This document shows, piece after piece, positions 28,508 through 37,361 of a stretch of DNA of 64,000 nt (positions are counted from its first letter, which is position 1; each line of letters begins with the position of its first letter). Origin of the DNA: Candidatus Rifleibacterium amylolyticum (GTDB lineage Bacteria > Muiribacteriota > Ozemobacteria > Ozemobacterales > Ozemobacteraceae); contig JAACJG010000011.1 in assembly GCA_009917695.1 (NCBI GenBank), positions 92,997 to 156,996 on the forward strand, given 5' to 3'. The translations under genes and the position numbers were made by a program. The notes beneath the pieces were generated by a model, which ran no database searches, was not told where the DNA came from, and saw only the letters and a program-made list of their open reading frames with translations.

Positions 28508-29095
28508 ATGAGCCCTGCGAAGAACAAAAAAACCAGCATCTTCTCGATGCTGAATATTGGCGCAAACGCGCATTACTCGGCAGTCGCCTTCCTGCTCGGG
28601 CTGGTTGTGGTATTCTTTATCTTTCTGCATTACCGCAATCCGATCAAGCTGCTGGCAAAAGATGCTGTCGAAAATTTCGGATACCCTGCCCTGTTTCTGC
28701 TGTGCTGGGCGGCTGACGTTATCATTCAACCTATTCCTGCTGACGTAATCGTTTTTGGAACCGCATTTGGTGGCGCCAATATCTGGGTAACCTCTCTAAT
28801 AGCAGGTTTTTCCAGCGGTTTTGGCGGTGCCACCGGCTATTATATTGGCCGCTCCTTCGGCCCCTGGCGCTTCAGAAGGATTTTCGGACCCAAAATGCTG
28901 CGTATGGGGCGCGACTTGTTTCGCGATCATGGTGCACTCGCCATATTTGTCGCCGGTGTTACTCCGGTACCTTATTCGGCCGTCTGCTGGATTGGCGGAA
29001 TCTATAAAATGTCACTCACTAAAGTTATTCTGGCCAGCTGGATAAGCAGGACACTGCGATATTTTGTTGTAGCATGGCTGGCAAATCTGGTTTAG
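28508..29095 (+). CDS. DedA/SNARE-associated (VTT-domain) membrane protein
   Basis: It has multiple transmembrane helices and the DedA-like G..G..GY..GR motif region (GGATGYYIGRSFG). Confidence 0.65.
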   Translation: MSPAKNKKTSIFSMLNIGANAHYSAVAFLLGLVVVFFIFLHYRNPIKLLAKDAVENFGYPALFLLCWAADVIIQPIPADVIVFGTAFGGANIWVTSLIAGFSSGFGGATGYYIGRSFGPWRFRRIFGPKMLRMGRDLFRDHGALAIFVAGVTPVPYSAVCWIGGIYKMSLTKVILASWISRTLRYFVVAWLANLV

Positions 29096-29108
29096 CGAAA
29101 GAAGAAAC

Positions 29109-29780
29109 ATGCGACAAACAGTAACTCTGCTTGGAGACTACTTCTTTTACGCCTTTTCGACTCTGTCGATTATCTGTATTCTTGCTGTCATAACGACGCC
29201 GGCCCGCAGTTTCATCATAGCCGATCTTTATCAGCAGCTCGATAAAAATGGAAAAGAACGCGCTCTTGCAAGCTTTGCCGAGAAACTCGCAAGAGCAGGT
29301 GTCGAGCCTGCAAGTTTCAGTCCGCAACTGCTGATTCGTAAACGCAGTCGAGAGTTGCTGGTTCTTTCAGACGACAACATAATTGCTTCATATCCGATCG
29401 GACTGGGGCGGTCTCCGGTCGGCATTAAACTGCGCGGTAACGATCAGAAAACGCCCGAAGGCCAGTATTACATCTGCAATAAGCTCGAAAACCACCGTTA
29501 TCATCTGTTTCTACAAATAAATTACCCCTCTCCTGATGATGCAAAGCGAGGCTCTGTACAACAGATAATCAAGCCAGGTGAAGAAGCCAGAATTGAATCG
29601 GCCTGGCAGCAGATGCAGCCCCCGCCAACCGATACCGCACTCGGCGGCCCGCTTGGCATTCACGGTTTTGGCGCCGAAACCAACTGGACCACCGACGGCA
29701 GCATCGGCCTGCACAACATTCACATCGAAGAACTCTACTGGAACCTCGCCACCGGCACCCCCGTCGCGATAATCCCCTGA
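29109..29780 (+). CDS. YafK/L,D-transpeptidase-fold protein lacking the canonical catalytic Cys
   Basis: ..GNDQKTPEGQYYI.. and ..LQINYPSPDDAKRG.. match YafK-like blocks. The HG..S.GC motif reads IHGFG..SIGLHN, with Leu in place of Cys. Confidence 0.45.
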   Translation: MRQTVTLLGDYFFYAFSTLSIICILAVITTPARSFIIADLYQQLDKNGKERALASFAEKLARAGVEPASFSPQLLIRKRSRELLVLSDDNIIASYPIGLGRSPVGIKLRGNDQKTPEGQYYICNKLENHRYHLFLQINYPSPDDAKRGSVQQIIKPGEEARIESAWQQMQPPPTDTALGGPLGIHGFGAETNWTTDGSIGLHNIHIEELYWNLATGTPVAIIP

Positions 29781-29914
29781 TCACATTTTTCTTCGCCGCT
29801 GCTTCGCTCTGGTGATCGGTTGCGTTGTGCAATAGTTGACTTTGTCAGCATACTGGAATATAGACATTTTTAGTCTCGTAAAAAGGTCATTATATTCTTG
29901 AGGTGGGGAAAGTC

Positions 29915-30784
29915 ATGAAATCCGCGAAGCTTATATTAATCACTCTAATCTCGATACTCTTTTCTATTACACTGTTTGCTGATTCAGCTACTCGGCCAAA
30001 AACTGATGTCGAGAAGAAATTTTTCGACGAAGTCATTGCCGCCTGTGAGTCGGCAGTTGCCGGAATAAACACTTCCTGGGATGAAGAAAACCGCTCCGGT
30101 GAAGAAAATGATGACCGCATAACCGAAGACAGCGAAAAATACCCGCTTGTGCATTACTTCAATGTCAGTTGGGCTGATTCCAAACGTATCGAAGAAGCCA
30201 GAGCCAGAATCGACAAAGAACTAGAAACTCTGGCTCCCAAACTTCAGGAACAGACAAAAAGCTTCGACACCAAAGCTTTCGAAGAACTGGCGGCCAGAAT
30301 CGGTAAAGCTGCCGAAGCCGGCGACTTTGCTACCGTAGAGAAATTGCAGAAAGAAGCCGAGGTCATGGCAAAACAGTTGGAAACAGGTGGCAGGCAGATG
30401 GATCAGGAAATTAACAGCCTGACCGAAAAGCATACCCCGCATGATGTCAGCCTCAAAGTGCGCATAGCGGTCAACAACTTCTACCAGAACTTCAGCAGTG
30501 ACCCGTCAATAGTGAAGCTTAGCGACGGCACAGCCTGTTATCGCGTCGAAGAAAGCAGATTCACTAATGGCTGCTGGATCGAAGGCACTACCTTTCTGTT
30601 TCTCGGCAGTGGCTGGCAGATCGAGCAGGATGGCGATTACAAAGCGATGAAACACCCCGAATACCCGGAGAAGCCCTCTGCCAGTGTCAGAGCAGTAATC
30701 CTTTCAGTAGAGGCAGAAGAAAAACGGGCGCTGTCAGCTCTTAACTCAATGAACCTGTCAGCCCTCAAGGCTCTGATAAAGTAA
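29915..30784 (+). CDS. secreted hypothetical protein (acidic, helical)
   Basis: GAGGTGG lies 7 nt upstream of the ATG, and a signal peptide is present. Confidence 0.45.
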   Translation: MKSAKLILITLISILFSITLFADSATRPKTDVEKKFFDEVIAACESAVAGINTSWDEENRSGEENDDRITEDSEKYPLVHYFNVSWADSKRIEEARARIDKELETLAPKLQEQTKSFDTKAFEELAARIGKAAEAGDFATVEKLQKEAEVMAKQLETGGRQMDQEINSLTEKHTPHDVSLKVRIAVNNFYQNFSSDPSIVKLSDGTACYRVEESRFTNGCWIEGTTFLFLGSGWQIEQDGDYKAMKHPEYPEKPSASVRAVILSVEAEEKRALSALNSMNLSALKALIK

Positions 30785-30800
30785 TCGTCTGCCAGCCTGA

Positions 30801-31523
30801 TTACATCTTGTAAACCAGGCTGGTTAAAAAGTTACTGTCCATGCGCTCTTTGCCAGAAACCAGCGGCGTTTTTCGGTAATTGGTCAGGTATTTAACTTCG
30901 ATATCCATCTGCTCGTTCACGGTGCAGACGCCGCCAATCATCGAATCGACCTGGTAACGGTCCTCATAATCTTCATGCGGTGTGCCGACATCTATCGACG
31001 ATATCACTCGCACATTGTTGCCGATTTTTTTGTGGCCGTTAAGCCCAAATTTCAGCCATTTAACCGTATCGCTGGTGCTGTCGGTGTAATCTTCTCTGGT
31101 AACATCAACGCCAAAACTGCCGCGCAGACCAGCCTCGTCACCCTTGCTGAAATACTTGAAAAGACCGGCGCCGAGATTGAGTCGCTGATCGTAACCTGCG
31201 AATCTGTCTCTTAGATAACCGCTGTTAAGGTAGAATGAGTCACGGTCGCTCTTGATAAATTCGCTGACAAAGTTGGCGTTCTGTTTGTCGGTGTTGGTTT
31301 CGCCGTTGGCGCGCCCGTAGATGGCCAGACCGTTATAGCCGAACTTGAGCCGCTCGTTGCGCTGCTGCGTCAGATCGAAGTTAAAGTTGGTCTTCTGTTC
31401 GTCGGTATTGCCTGACGTGCTGGTATAGCCGAGCGAGAGGCGCCCTTCTACCGGTGCCGCGATGGATGCCAGAGGTGAGAAAGTGATGAGTGCTGCAACT
31501 GCTAAAATAGTGGATTTTTTCAA
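30801..31523 (-). CDS. outer-membrane beta-barrel protein, DUF481/YdiY-like
   Basis: A signal peptide is followed by alternating-hydrophobic beta-strand segments typical of the DUF481 family (..LSLGYTS..NFNFDL..). Confidence 0.55.
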   Translation of the reverse strand: MKKSTILAVAALITFSPLASIAAPVEGRLSLGYTSTSGNTDEQKTNFNFDLTQQRNERLKFGYNGLAIYGRANGETNTDKQNANFVSEFIKSDRDSFYLNSGYLRDRFAGYDQRLNLGAGLFKYFSKGDEAGLRGSFGVDVTREDYTDSTSDTVKWLKFGLNGHKKIGNNVRVISSIDVGTPHEDYEDRYQVDSMIGGVCTVNEQMDIEVKYLTNYRKTPLVSGKERMDSNFLTSLVYKM

Positions 31524-31602
31524 TGACTGCCTCCGTAAATTTACTCTCTTGCAATTATCGGAGAATCGGACAATATTACTTAGTATGCTATGAGGAGCTG
31601 TT

Positions 31603-33459
31603 ATGAGTGGAAAAGCCTGTCGTCTGCTGCTGATATGTCTGATCTGGTGCGCAACCGCTGCCGCTCAGGAACCAGAGATTCCGGCCCCCGGGAATTTCAG
31701 TGATGAGCGCATATACACAGTTATTACCAGCCGCTTTTTCGACGCTGACGAAGAGAACAACTACTACAACTACGAGCGCATCGAAAAAGGCGACCCGCAT
31801 TACCGCGGCGATTTTAAAGGATTGGCGCAGAAGCTGAATTACATAAAAAATCTTGGCTTTACCGCCATCTGCATCACGCCGCCGGTTGAAAATCGTGGCG
31901 GCTTCGATTTCATGGGCTTCAACGCCTACGACTGGGAAACATTCGAACCTCGCCTGACATCGAGCGATTTTACTTATGCCGACTTCGTCAGGTTTGCTCA
32001 TAATCTAGGATTGAAGGTCATTCAGACCTTGGTGGTCAATCACTGCTCGAACTTCGGCATTCGCAATCACTATTTTATTCCGCGACTGCCGCTTAAATTT
32101 TATCGCGGGCCGCTCAAGCCCTCATGGCCCTATATTTTCAACTTCGGCGACTATAAACACGAATTCCGCATGAATAACGACAACCCATGTGCGCCTGAGT
32201 GGTTCAAAGACTATCGTTTTCGCGATCCCTGGGGCGCAGGGCCGCTTAAAGACCCGGTAACCGGAGCAACTTTTCCGGCGCCAGATCTGCACCCTGAGCG
32301 ATTTTTCTCGACAGATGAGAGCGATCTTCATCCTGACTGGTTTCATCGTGAAGGCTGGCTTGCTTCAGCCGAGAACATGACCGTCGCTCGTGTGCAGCGC
32401 GCCCACCTCGATGCCAACAGCATCGATCTTGCCACCGATAACTGGCATATCAAGCGCTTTTTTGCAAAGATTGTTAACAAATACATCGATCTCGGTGTCG
32501 ATGGTGTGCGCTTGCAGTTCGCCCGCAATTCAGACCGCCAGGATCTCATGCATATGCTCGAACTCTGGCGTCAGCTCAAACCAGAATTTTATGTATTCGC
32601 TGATGTGGCACCGGTTCTCGACGGCTTTGGCAAACTGACCGGTGATGAGCCGACCGAACTGGTGCCCTGGTGGTACACCCGCAAAACTCCGAGCCCGTTC
32701 GAGCCTGAGATTGGTGGCGGATCTGGTCTGGCAGTTATGGATTACCCGCTTTTCAAAACCTTCGCGGCAAATATTTCCATGGGCCATTTCAGCGGTGTTG
32801 GCAACATCATCAAAAACGACTGGCTCTATGCCGACCCAAACCAGCTGGTAACTTTCTTTCACAACTTCGACATCGGCCCCGAAACTGGCAATCTGACACG
32901 ATTCTCAGGCGAAACCTGGAAAGCAGCCTGCGCTTATAACCTGATGTGGACACTCAGAGGCGTGCCAATGCTGCTGATGGGCGAAGAAATCGAATTCATG
33001 AAAGGCATGCCGCAGATCTGCGTGCTGCCGACCGACGTTCTTTCGCGGACTGGCAAGGCCTATTTTGGCGATAATCTGAGCGATGCCAACATCGCTCAGA
33101 CTTCGGCTCATACGCTGGCGCAGCATATAAAGCGACTCAACCAGATTCGCGCCGCTGTTCCTGCACTTAGTCGCGGCACTATGGAAAATGGCAATGAGTT
33201 CGTTTCTGGCATCAGCTTTGTCAGAAATTACAACAATGGTGAAAGCTATGCAGTAGTCGGGCTGACGGCATTTATCGATCAGGATATAAGCGTAACCCGG
33301 GTTCTGCCGGGTAATTATACCGACGTTGTGACCGGCGAAAGCCAGCAGGTCGCAACCAGTTCGCGCACTTTGAACTTCAGCGTCAAGGCCAATTCAGCCG
33401 GAATCTGGGTGCTCGACGGTCCCGGAAAAATCGGCACTGACGGCGAATTTTTGCGCTAG
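31603..33459 (+). CDS. secreted GH13 (alpha-amylase family) protein with non-canonical catalytic-region residues
   Basis: GDFKGLAQKLNYIKNLGFTAICITPP is the region-I-proximal block, VVNH is region I, GVDGVRLQFARN is the region-II position, and VTFFHNFD is the region-IV position, where NHD reads NFD. Confidence 0.65.
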   Translation: MSGKACRLLLICLIWCATAAAQEPEIPAPGNFSDERIYTVITSRFFDADEENNYYNYERIEKGDPHYRGDFKGLAQKLNYIKNLGFTAICITPPVENRGGFDFMGFNAYDWETFEPRLTSSDFTYADFVRFAHNLGLKVIQTLVVNHCSNFGIRNHYFIPRLPLKFYRGPLKPSWPYIFNFGDYKHEFRMNNDNPCAPEWFKDYRFRDPWGAGPLKDPVTGATFPAPDLHPERFFSTDESDLHPDWFHREGWLASAENMTVARVQRAHLDANSIDLATDNWHIKRFFAKIVNKYIDLGVDGVRLQFARNSDRQDLMHMLELWRQLKPEFYVFADVAPVLDGFGKLTGDEPTELVPWWYTRKTPSPFEPEIGGGSGLAVMDYPLFKTFAANISMGHFSGVGNIIKNDWLYADPNQLVTFFHNFDIGPETGNLTRFSGETWKAACAYNLMWTLRGVPMLLMGEEIEFMKGMPQICVLPTDVLSRTGKAYFGDNLSDANIAQTSAHTLAQHIKRLNQIRAAVPALSRGTMENGNEFVSGISFVRNYNNGESYAVVGLTAFIDQDISVTRVLPGNYTDVVTGESQQVATSSRTLNFSVKANSAGIWVLDGPGKIGTDGEFLR

Positions 33460-33489
33460 TCCACTGTCACGTAAGAGTTTAAGGTTCAC

Positions 33490-33563
33490 CGTCATTGCGA
33501 GAAGGGCGCCAGCCCGGCGCGGCAATAGTAGAAGGATTGCTTCGCTTCGCTCGCAATGACAAA
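33490..33563. repeat. small palindromic intergenic element (arms cgtcattgcgag / ctcgcaatgacaaa)
   Basis: A perfect 12-bp terminal inverted repeat flanks a ~50-bp GC-rich core, lying between convergent genes. Confidence 0.6.
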
Positions 33564-33592
33564 TCACACCCATATTCAAGCTTGACAGACCA

Positions 33593-33877
33593 CTAGAGTG
33601 GTTTGAGTCGCACGAGCGTGGCGCCCCAGTGACCGCCATCATGACCAGCCGGTTCCCAGGAATCAACTATTTCTAGACGTTGTAGAGTCGCTTCGACAGT
33701 TCTTCTGAGGTTGCCGATGCCTTTTCCGTGGACAACGCGTATATTGTAGATCCGCTTTTCACGGCAGGCTTCGAGGTAATCTGCGACAACCGCTGCGACT
33801 TCGCGTGGCTGAAAGGTGTGCAGATCGAGAGTTCCGTCGAGCGGCAGTTCTACCTGGTCAGGTTGTTTGTCTGGCAT
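33593..33877 (-). CDS. Smr-domain protein
   Basis: LDLHTF..IRVVHGKGIGNLRRTVEATL matches the Smr (MutS2 C-terminal-like) nuclease domain. Confidence 0.7.
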   Translation of the reverse strand: MPDKQPDQVELPLDGTLDLHTFQPREVAAVVADYLEACREKRIYNIRVVHGKGIGNLRRTVEATLQRLEIVDSWEPAGHDGGHWGATLVRLKPL

Positions 33878-34271
33878 CGAGCAGACTGGCGCGGGTCGGC
33901 AGAAGTTCAGCTGGTGTCATTATTCTGGCGCCGGCCGGGCCGGGCACAATGATCTCAGCCTTCGGGCAGTAATCGATAAACAGTTCGCGACATCGGCCAC
34001 ATGGCGCAATGACTTCGCCGATGCGGTTAACGACGACAAGCGCTTCGATTTCGGTTACACCCTCTTCGGCTGCTGCGGCCAGAGCGACCGATTCAGCACA
34101 GATTTCTACGCCAGCTATCGAGGTTTTAAGTTGAAGCCCGGTAAAGATTTTGCCGTCTTTAGCTTTTATAGCTGCCGCAAAATGATGGCGGTTTTCTTTG
34201 AACCTCTGTGAAATCAGCTTTTTAGCAGTCTCGATCAGGTAAAAATGGTTCTTTTTCAACTGGTTTAACAT
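33858..34271 (-). CDS. cytidine/blasticidin-S deaminase-like zinc enzyme
   Basis: CAESVA and PCGRCRE zinc-ligand motifs are present in a 137-aa protein. It overlaps the Smr gene by 20 nt. Confidence 0.6.
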   Translation of the reverse strand: MLNQLKKNHFYLIETAKKLISQRFKENRHHFAAAIKAKDGKIFTGLQLKTSIAGVEICAESVALAAAAEEGVTEIEALVVVNRIGEVIAPCGRCRELFIDYCPKAEIIVPGPAGARIMTPAELLPTRASLLDARQTT

Positions 34272-34287
34272 TCAACGCCTCTTTCTC

Positions 34288-34722
34288 TCAAAACTCACCC
34301 TTGAGCTCGCGGGCAAAAAACTCGCGTTCATCTGCGCCGTAGCAGACAAGCCCGATTCTGACCGATGTTTTTACCGGCTTGCTGCCCCAGGGCCAGAACG
34401 CACAATACATGCAGGCCTGGTCACATATCGGCTTGCGGTATAACGTCTGTTCCTTGCGGGTGCCACCGACTTCACGAACGAACTTGTCGAAAAAATTCTT
34501 GAAAAACGCTCCCTCGCCAGCTGGCTTGTAAGGTTTGCCAAAATATTCTTCGACCTCGACCGCCAGCCTGGCTATCAGATCGGTATCTGCAACCCCGCAA
34601 TATAACAGGGGTTCATCCACATCATTGTTTGGCTTGATGTTGTATTTTTTCTCGATGACATCAATCAGTTTGAGCGTTTTGCGGATTTCCGGCAGATAAC
34701 TTTTCATATCACCTCTTATCAT
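34288..34722 (-). CDS. hypothetical Cys-containing protein
   Basis: A 144-aa protein with ..CDQACMYCAFWPWG.. The start codon is uncertain and could be MKSYLP. Confidence 0.35.
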   Translation of the reverse strand: MIRGDMKSYLPEIRKTLKLIDVIEKKYNIKPNNDVDEPLLYCGVADTDLIARLAVEVEEYFGKPYKPAGEGAFFKNFFDKFVREVGGTRKEQTLYRKPICDQACMYCAFWPWGSKPVKTSVRIGLVCYGADEREFFARELKGEF

Positions 34723-34770
34723 GTTCTTGCGTGAGTATATACGAAGCCAGCCTGTTCAGGCAATATAAAA

Positions 34771-35595
34771 CTATTTGCGTAAAACGCTGTTCCGCGCCGC
34801 TACCATTGCCTTGAGGCGGTCGGGGTCGAGCGGGTTTTCCCAGAAACCGTCGTATTTGAGACTTGAGCCAATGATCCAGGCATCGGCACGGGCAAAATCA
34901 GCAGCGTTTTCTGGAGTAAGGCCCGATCCTATGATGACTGGAATGCGGCCGGCCGTACGCGCGCGTTTGAGCTCATCTTTGCTGGCAGCCTTGCCGGTTG
35001 CACTGCCGGTAATGATAACTCCGTCGATACCGAAAAAATCAGCGCCATGCACCCAGTCTTCCAGGGCGAGATCGGCAGTTACCGCATGAGCTGAGTGCTT
35101 TTTCTGAATGTCGGTCCAGATTCTGATGCGGCCGGCTCCAAGACGTGTGCGTTCACGCAGCAGTTCGCCGGCGCAGGCTTCTATCCAGCCCTCGTCTGCG
35201 ACATGGCCAAAAACGCAGCCTTCGGCCCTGATGAAATCGCAACCGGAAACATGGGCGACTGCCAGAGCTTCAAGGTTCGCGCCCGCCAGAATCTGTATGC
35301 CAAGCGGGAAACTGTTGCCAATTTTGCGTCTGACCTCGCAGGCAACCCGTGTCATGCCAGCCACGATTTCGGGCCCGACGGAGCCTTTGAGATAAGGCCG
35401 GTCGTGCATATTTTCGAGCATTATGCCATCAAAGCCGGCACTTTGCAGCATGCCTGCTTCAGCCACGGCGGTCGCACAGATCTTTTCCATCGAATCGGTA
35501 TTGAACGGCGTGCCTGGCAGCGCCCTGACATGCACCATACCAATAAGTGCCGGAAGCGGCAACCGGTTTGCGACATCGAGAAGTGGCTTCATCAC
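34771..35595 (-). CDS. BtpA/SgcQ-family TIM-barrel protein
   Basis: ..GFDGIMLENMHD..GIQILAGAN..GCDFIR.. carries BtpA-family hallmarks. Confidence 0.7.
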   Translation of the reverse strand: MMKPLLDVANRLPLPALIGMVHVRALPGTPFNTDSMEKICATAVAEAGMLQSAGFDGIMLENMHDRPYLKGSVGPEIVAGMTRVACEVRRKIGNSFPLGIQILAGANLEALAVAHVSGCDFIRAEGCVFGHVADEGWIEACAGELLRERTRLGAGRIRIWTDIQKKHSAHAVTADLALEDWVHGADFFGIDGVIITGSATGKAASKDELKRARTAGRIPVIIGSGLTPENAADFARADAWIIGSSLKYDGFWENPLDPDRLKAMVAARNSVLRK

Positions 35596-35602
35596 AGACT
35601 CC

Positions 35603-36580
35603 TTAGCTCAACAGATAGATCAGAATGTTTCCTGCAAACAGTATGGCCGGATACCAGAAGCGGCACACCCTGTCGAGATAGATCGCCATATCGAAACGGC
35701 GACGCTTGGCATAGTTATTATTAACCACAGTTTGCACCAGCGCAAGAAAAATCACAATGTAGAACAGAATGAATATTTTGTCAGACATCAACAGATAACC
35801 GACATTCGGCAGCGCGTCGGCCTGCGAATTGTGCAGGGCAACCGCCGAAAGCAGTGCGGTGATGCAGATTCCACACTGAGCCTCGAATTCGCTGGCATTG
35901 ATGAAAAATACGACATAAGCCATGCCGGCAATAATCAGCAGAGGCAGAATGAACTTAACCAGATGCGGCATGAACAGCCGCGAGAGATTGACACTGAAGG
36001 TAAATCTTGAATAGCTCGATTTCCTGTTTGACCCCAGGCCAAAGTCAGTTCGGTAATGATGGGTATCGGTAGCACAGGTGGCGCCTGCCCTTTTCCAGTC
36101 TGGAACTCGAAGTTCCGGTTCGATCCAGAGGTTGAAATCGGCCGGGCTGGCAGAATCCGCGGCAAAATAGAGTTCTTTGTCGGTATACTCGGCGTCTTCG
36201 ATGACAATCGGCAGGCTCTGGCGGTCAAAGGGATAAGAATGCAGCTCGAAATGACCTCGGAATCGCCCCTTGATCCTCTGTGACCATTGCTGTTGACCAT
36301 CAGCACTGGTGCCGCTTGCCAACGGCGTCGCACTCTCGATCACGCCATTCATGAACTCGATATTTTCCGGCTTCCAGACGCTGTCTGCCGGTGCCTTGTA
36401 CCAGATGTAAAAATCGGCGTAAAATTCGCTCTCTTTTACGTCGAGATGCGCAATATCAAGAATGTAAAGGCCGATCTCGATTCGCATCGGCGCTGGTTTT
36501 TCATCAGCCCCCACTCCGCCGGCAACCAACAGAAAGGCGCTTATAATCAGTAATTTTACTAATAACTTGTTTTGCGACAT
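35603..36580 (-). CDS. prokaryotic pentameric ligand-gated ion channel (Cys-loop superfamily) homologue
   Basis: A signal peptide precedes a ~190-aa extracellular beta-rich domain. That domain carries the beta6-beta7 loop motif YPFDRQ and a pre-M1 Arg. Four transmembrane helices follow, with a basic M3-M4 loop (NNNYAKRRRFD). Confidence 0.65.
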   Translation of the reverse strand: MSQNKLLVKLLIISAFLLVAGGVGADEKPAPMRIEIGLYILDIAHLDVKESEFYADFYIWYKAPADSVWKPENIEFMNGVIESATPLASGTSADGQQQWSQRIKGRFRGHFELHSYPFDRQSLPIVIEDAEYTDKELYFAADSASPADFNLWIEPELRVPDWKRAGATCATDTHHYRTDFGLGSNRKSSYSRFTFSVNLSRLFMPHLVKFILPLLIIAGMAYVVFFINASEFEAQCGICITALLSAVALHNSQADALPNVGYLLMSDKIFILFYIVIFLALVQTVVNNNYAKRRRFDMAIYLDRVCRFWYPAILFAGNILIYLLS

Positions 36581-36653
36581 GCTCTAAATTTAACAAAAAT
36601 ACTGCAATAATTAAACAAATTCATTTTCAACACAGCATGAGGCAACTGACGTT

Positions 36654-37343
36654 TCAGCTGGCGTTGAGTTGTTCGAGAACCCAGGTGAGGGCTTCTTCGC
36701 GGATTTCTTCGGGCGCGGTGCGATGGCCGCCTTCGAACTCATACCATTTCACCCGCCAGCCAAGACTGGTCAGAAACTTGCGGTCCTCTTTCATCAGCTT
36801 GTAATTGAAGTCGGTCGGGCTGGTGAGAAAGGCGCAAACCTTGTCGCGCGGGTAAACATCTTTCTGCTTGAGACTGTTCTCATGAATGTAGCCGACACTG
36901 GTTATGACTGCAGCAACAGTATCAGCGTGAAAAAACGAAAACAGATGCGAAGCCATGCCGCCGCCTGAAGTGCCAACTGCAATGATGCGGTCGGGCATGA
37001 TCGGATACTCACTGGCGACTTTTTCGTGAATCAGTTTGCTCAGCCTGACGAGATATCGCGATATATCCATGCCGTTTTTGACTATTTTAGATGCCAGAAT
37101 AACGCACAAGTGCCTGTCAGCGTGACCTTTCCAGGTGTCGATTGTGTCGTGGGCATTGGCCGACGGTGAAAACCCGACGATCAGAGGATATCTGCTGCCT
37201 TCCGCCAGTCCATCTGGAACGTAAATGAGATACTCGTTGTCCTCATGCATTCCGGCAACCGGCGCCGGCACCTGCGCGAACACAGTCTCTGAGAAGACAA
37301 TACAGACAAAGGTCAGCAGAACAACAAATCTGAACAGTCTCAT
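36654..37343 (-). CDS. secreted alpha/beta-hydrolase (esterase) family protein
   Basis: It has a signal peptide and the nucleophile elbow GTSGGG, and the His-containing C-terminus is typical of esterases/depolymerases. Confidence 0.6.
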   Translation of the reverse strand: MRLFRFVVLLTFVCIVFSETVFAQVPAPVAGMHEDNEYLIYVPDGLAEGSRYPLIVGFSPSANAHDTIDTWKGHADRHLCVILASKIVKNGMDISRYLVRLSKLIHEKVASEYPIMPDRIIAVGTSGGGMASHLFSFFHADTVAAVITSVGYIHENSLKQKDVYPRDKVCAFLTSPTDFNYKLMKEDRKFLTSLGWRVKWYEFEGGHRTAPEEIREEALTWVLEQLNAS

Positions 37344-37361
37344 AGGCGTCTCCAGTGATGG

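Noticed and set aside
30791-30824. Hairpin gccagcctg...caggctggt between convergent genes as a terminator
   Set aside because: The stem overlaps a stop codon and is not followed by a U-run in either orientation, so I did not annotate it as a terminator.
33394-33666. 90-aa ORF on the minus strand (..CHCERSEAILLLLPRRAGALLAMTVNL..)
   Set aside because: It is translated straight across the palindromic repeat element at 33490-33563. Peptides of this type are well-known artefacts of such repeats, so I call a repeat and not a gene.
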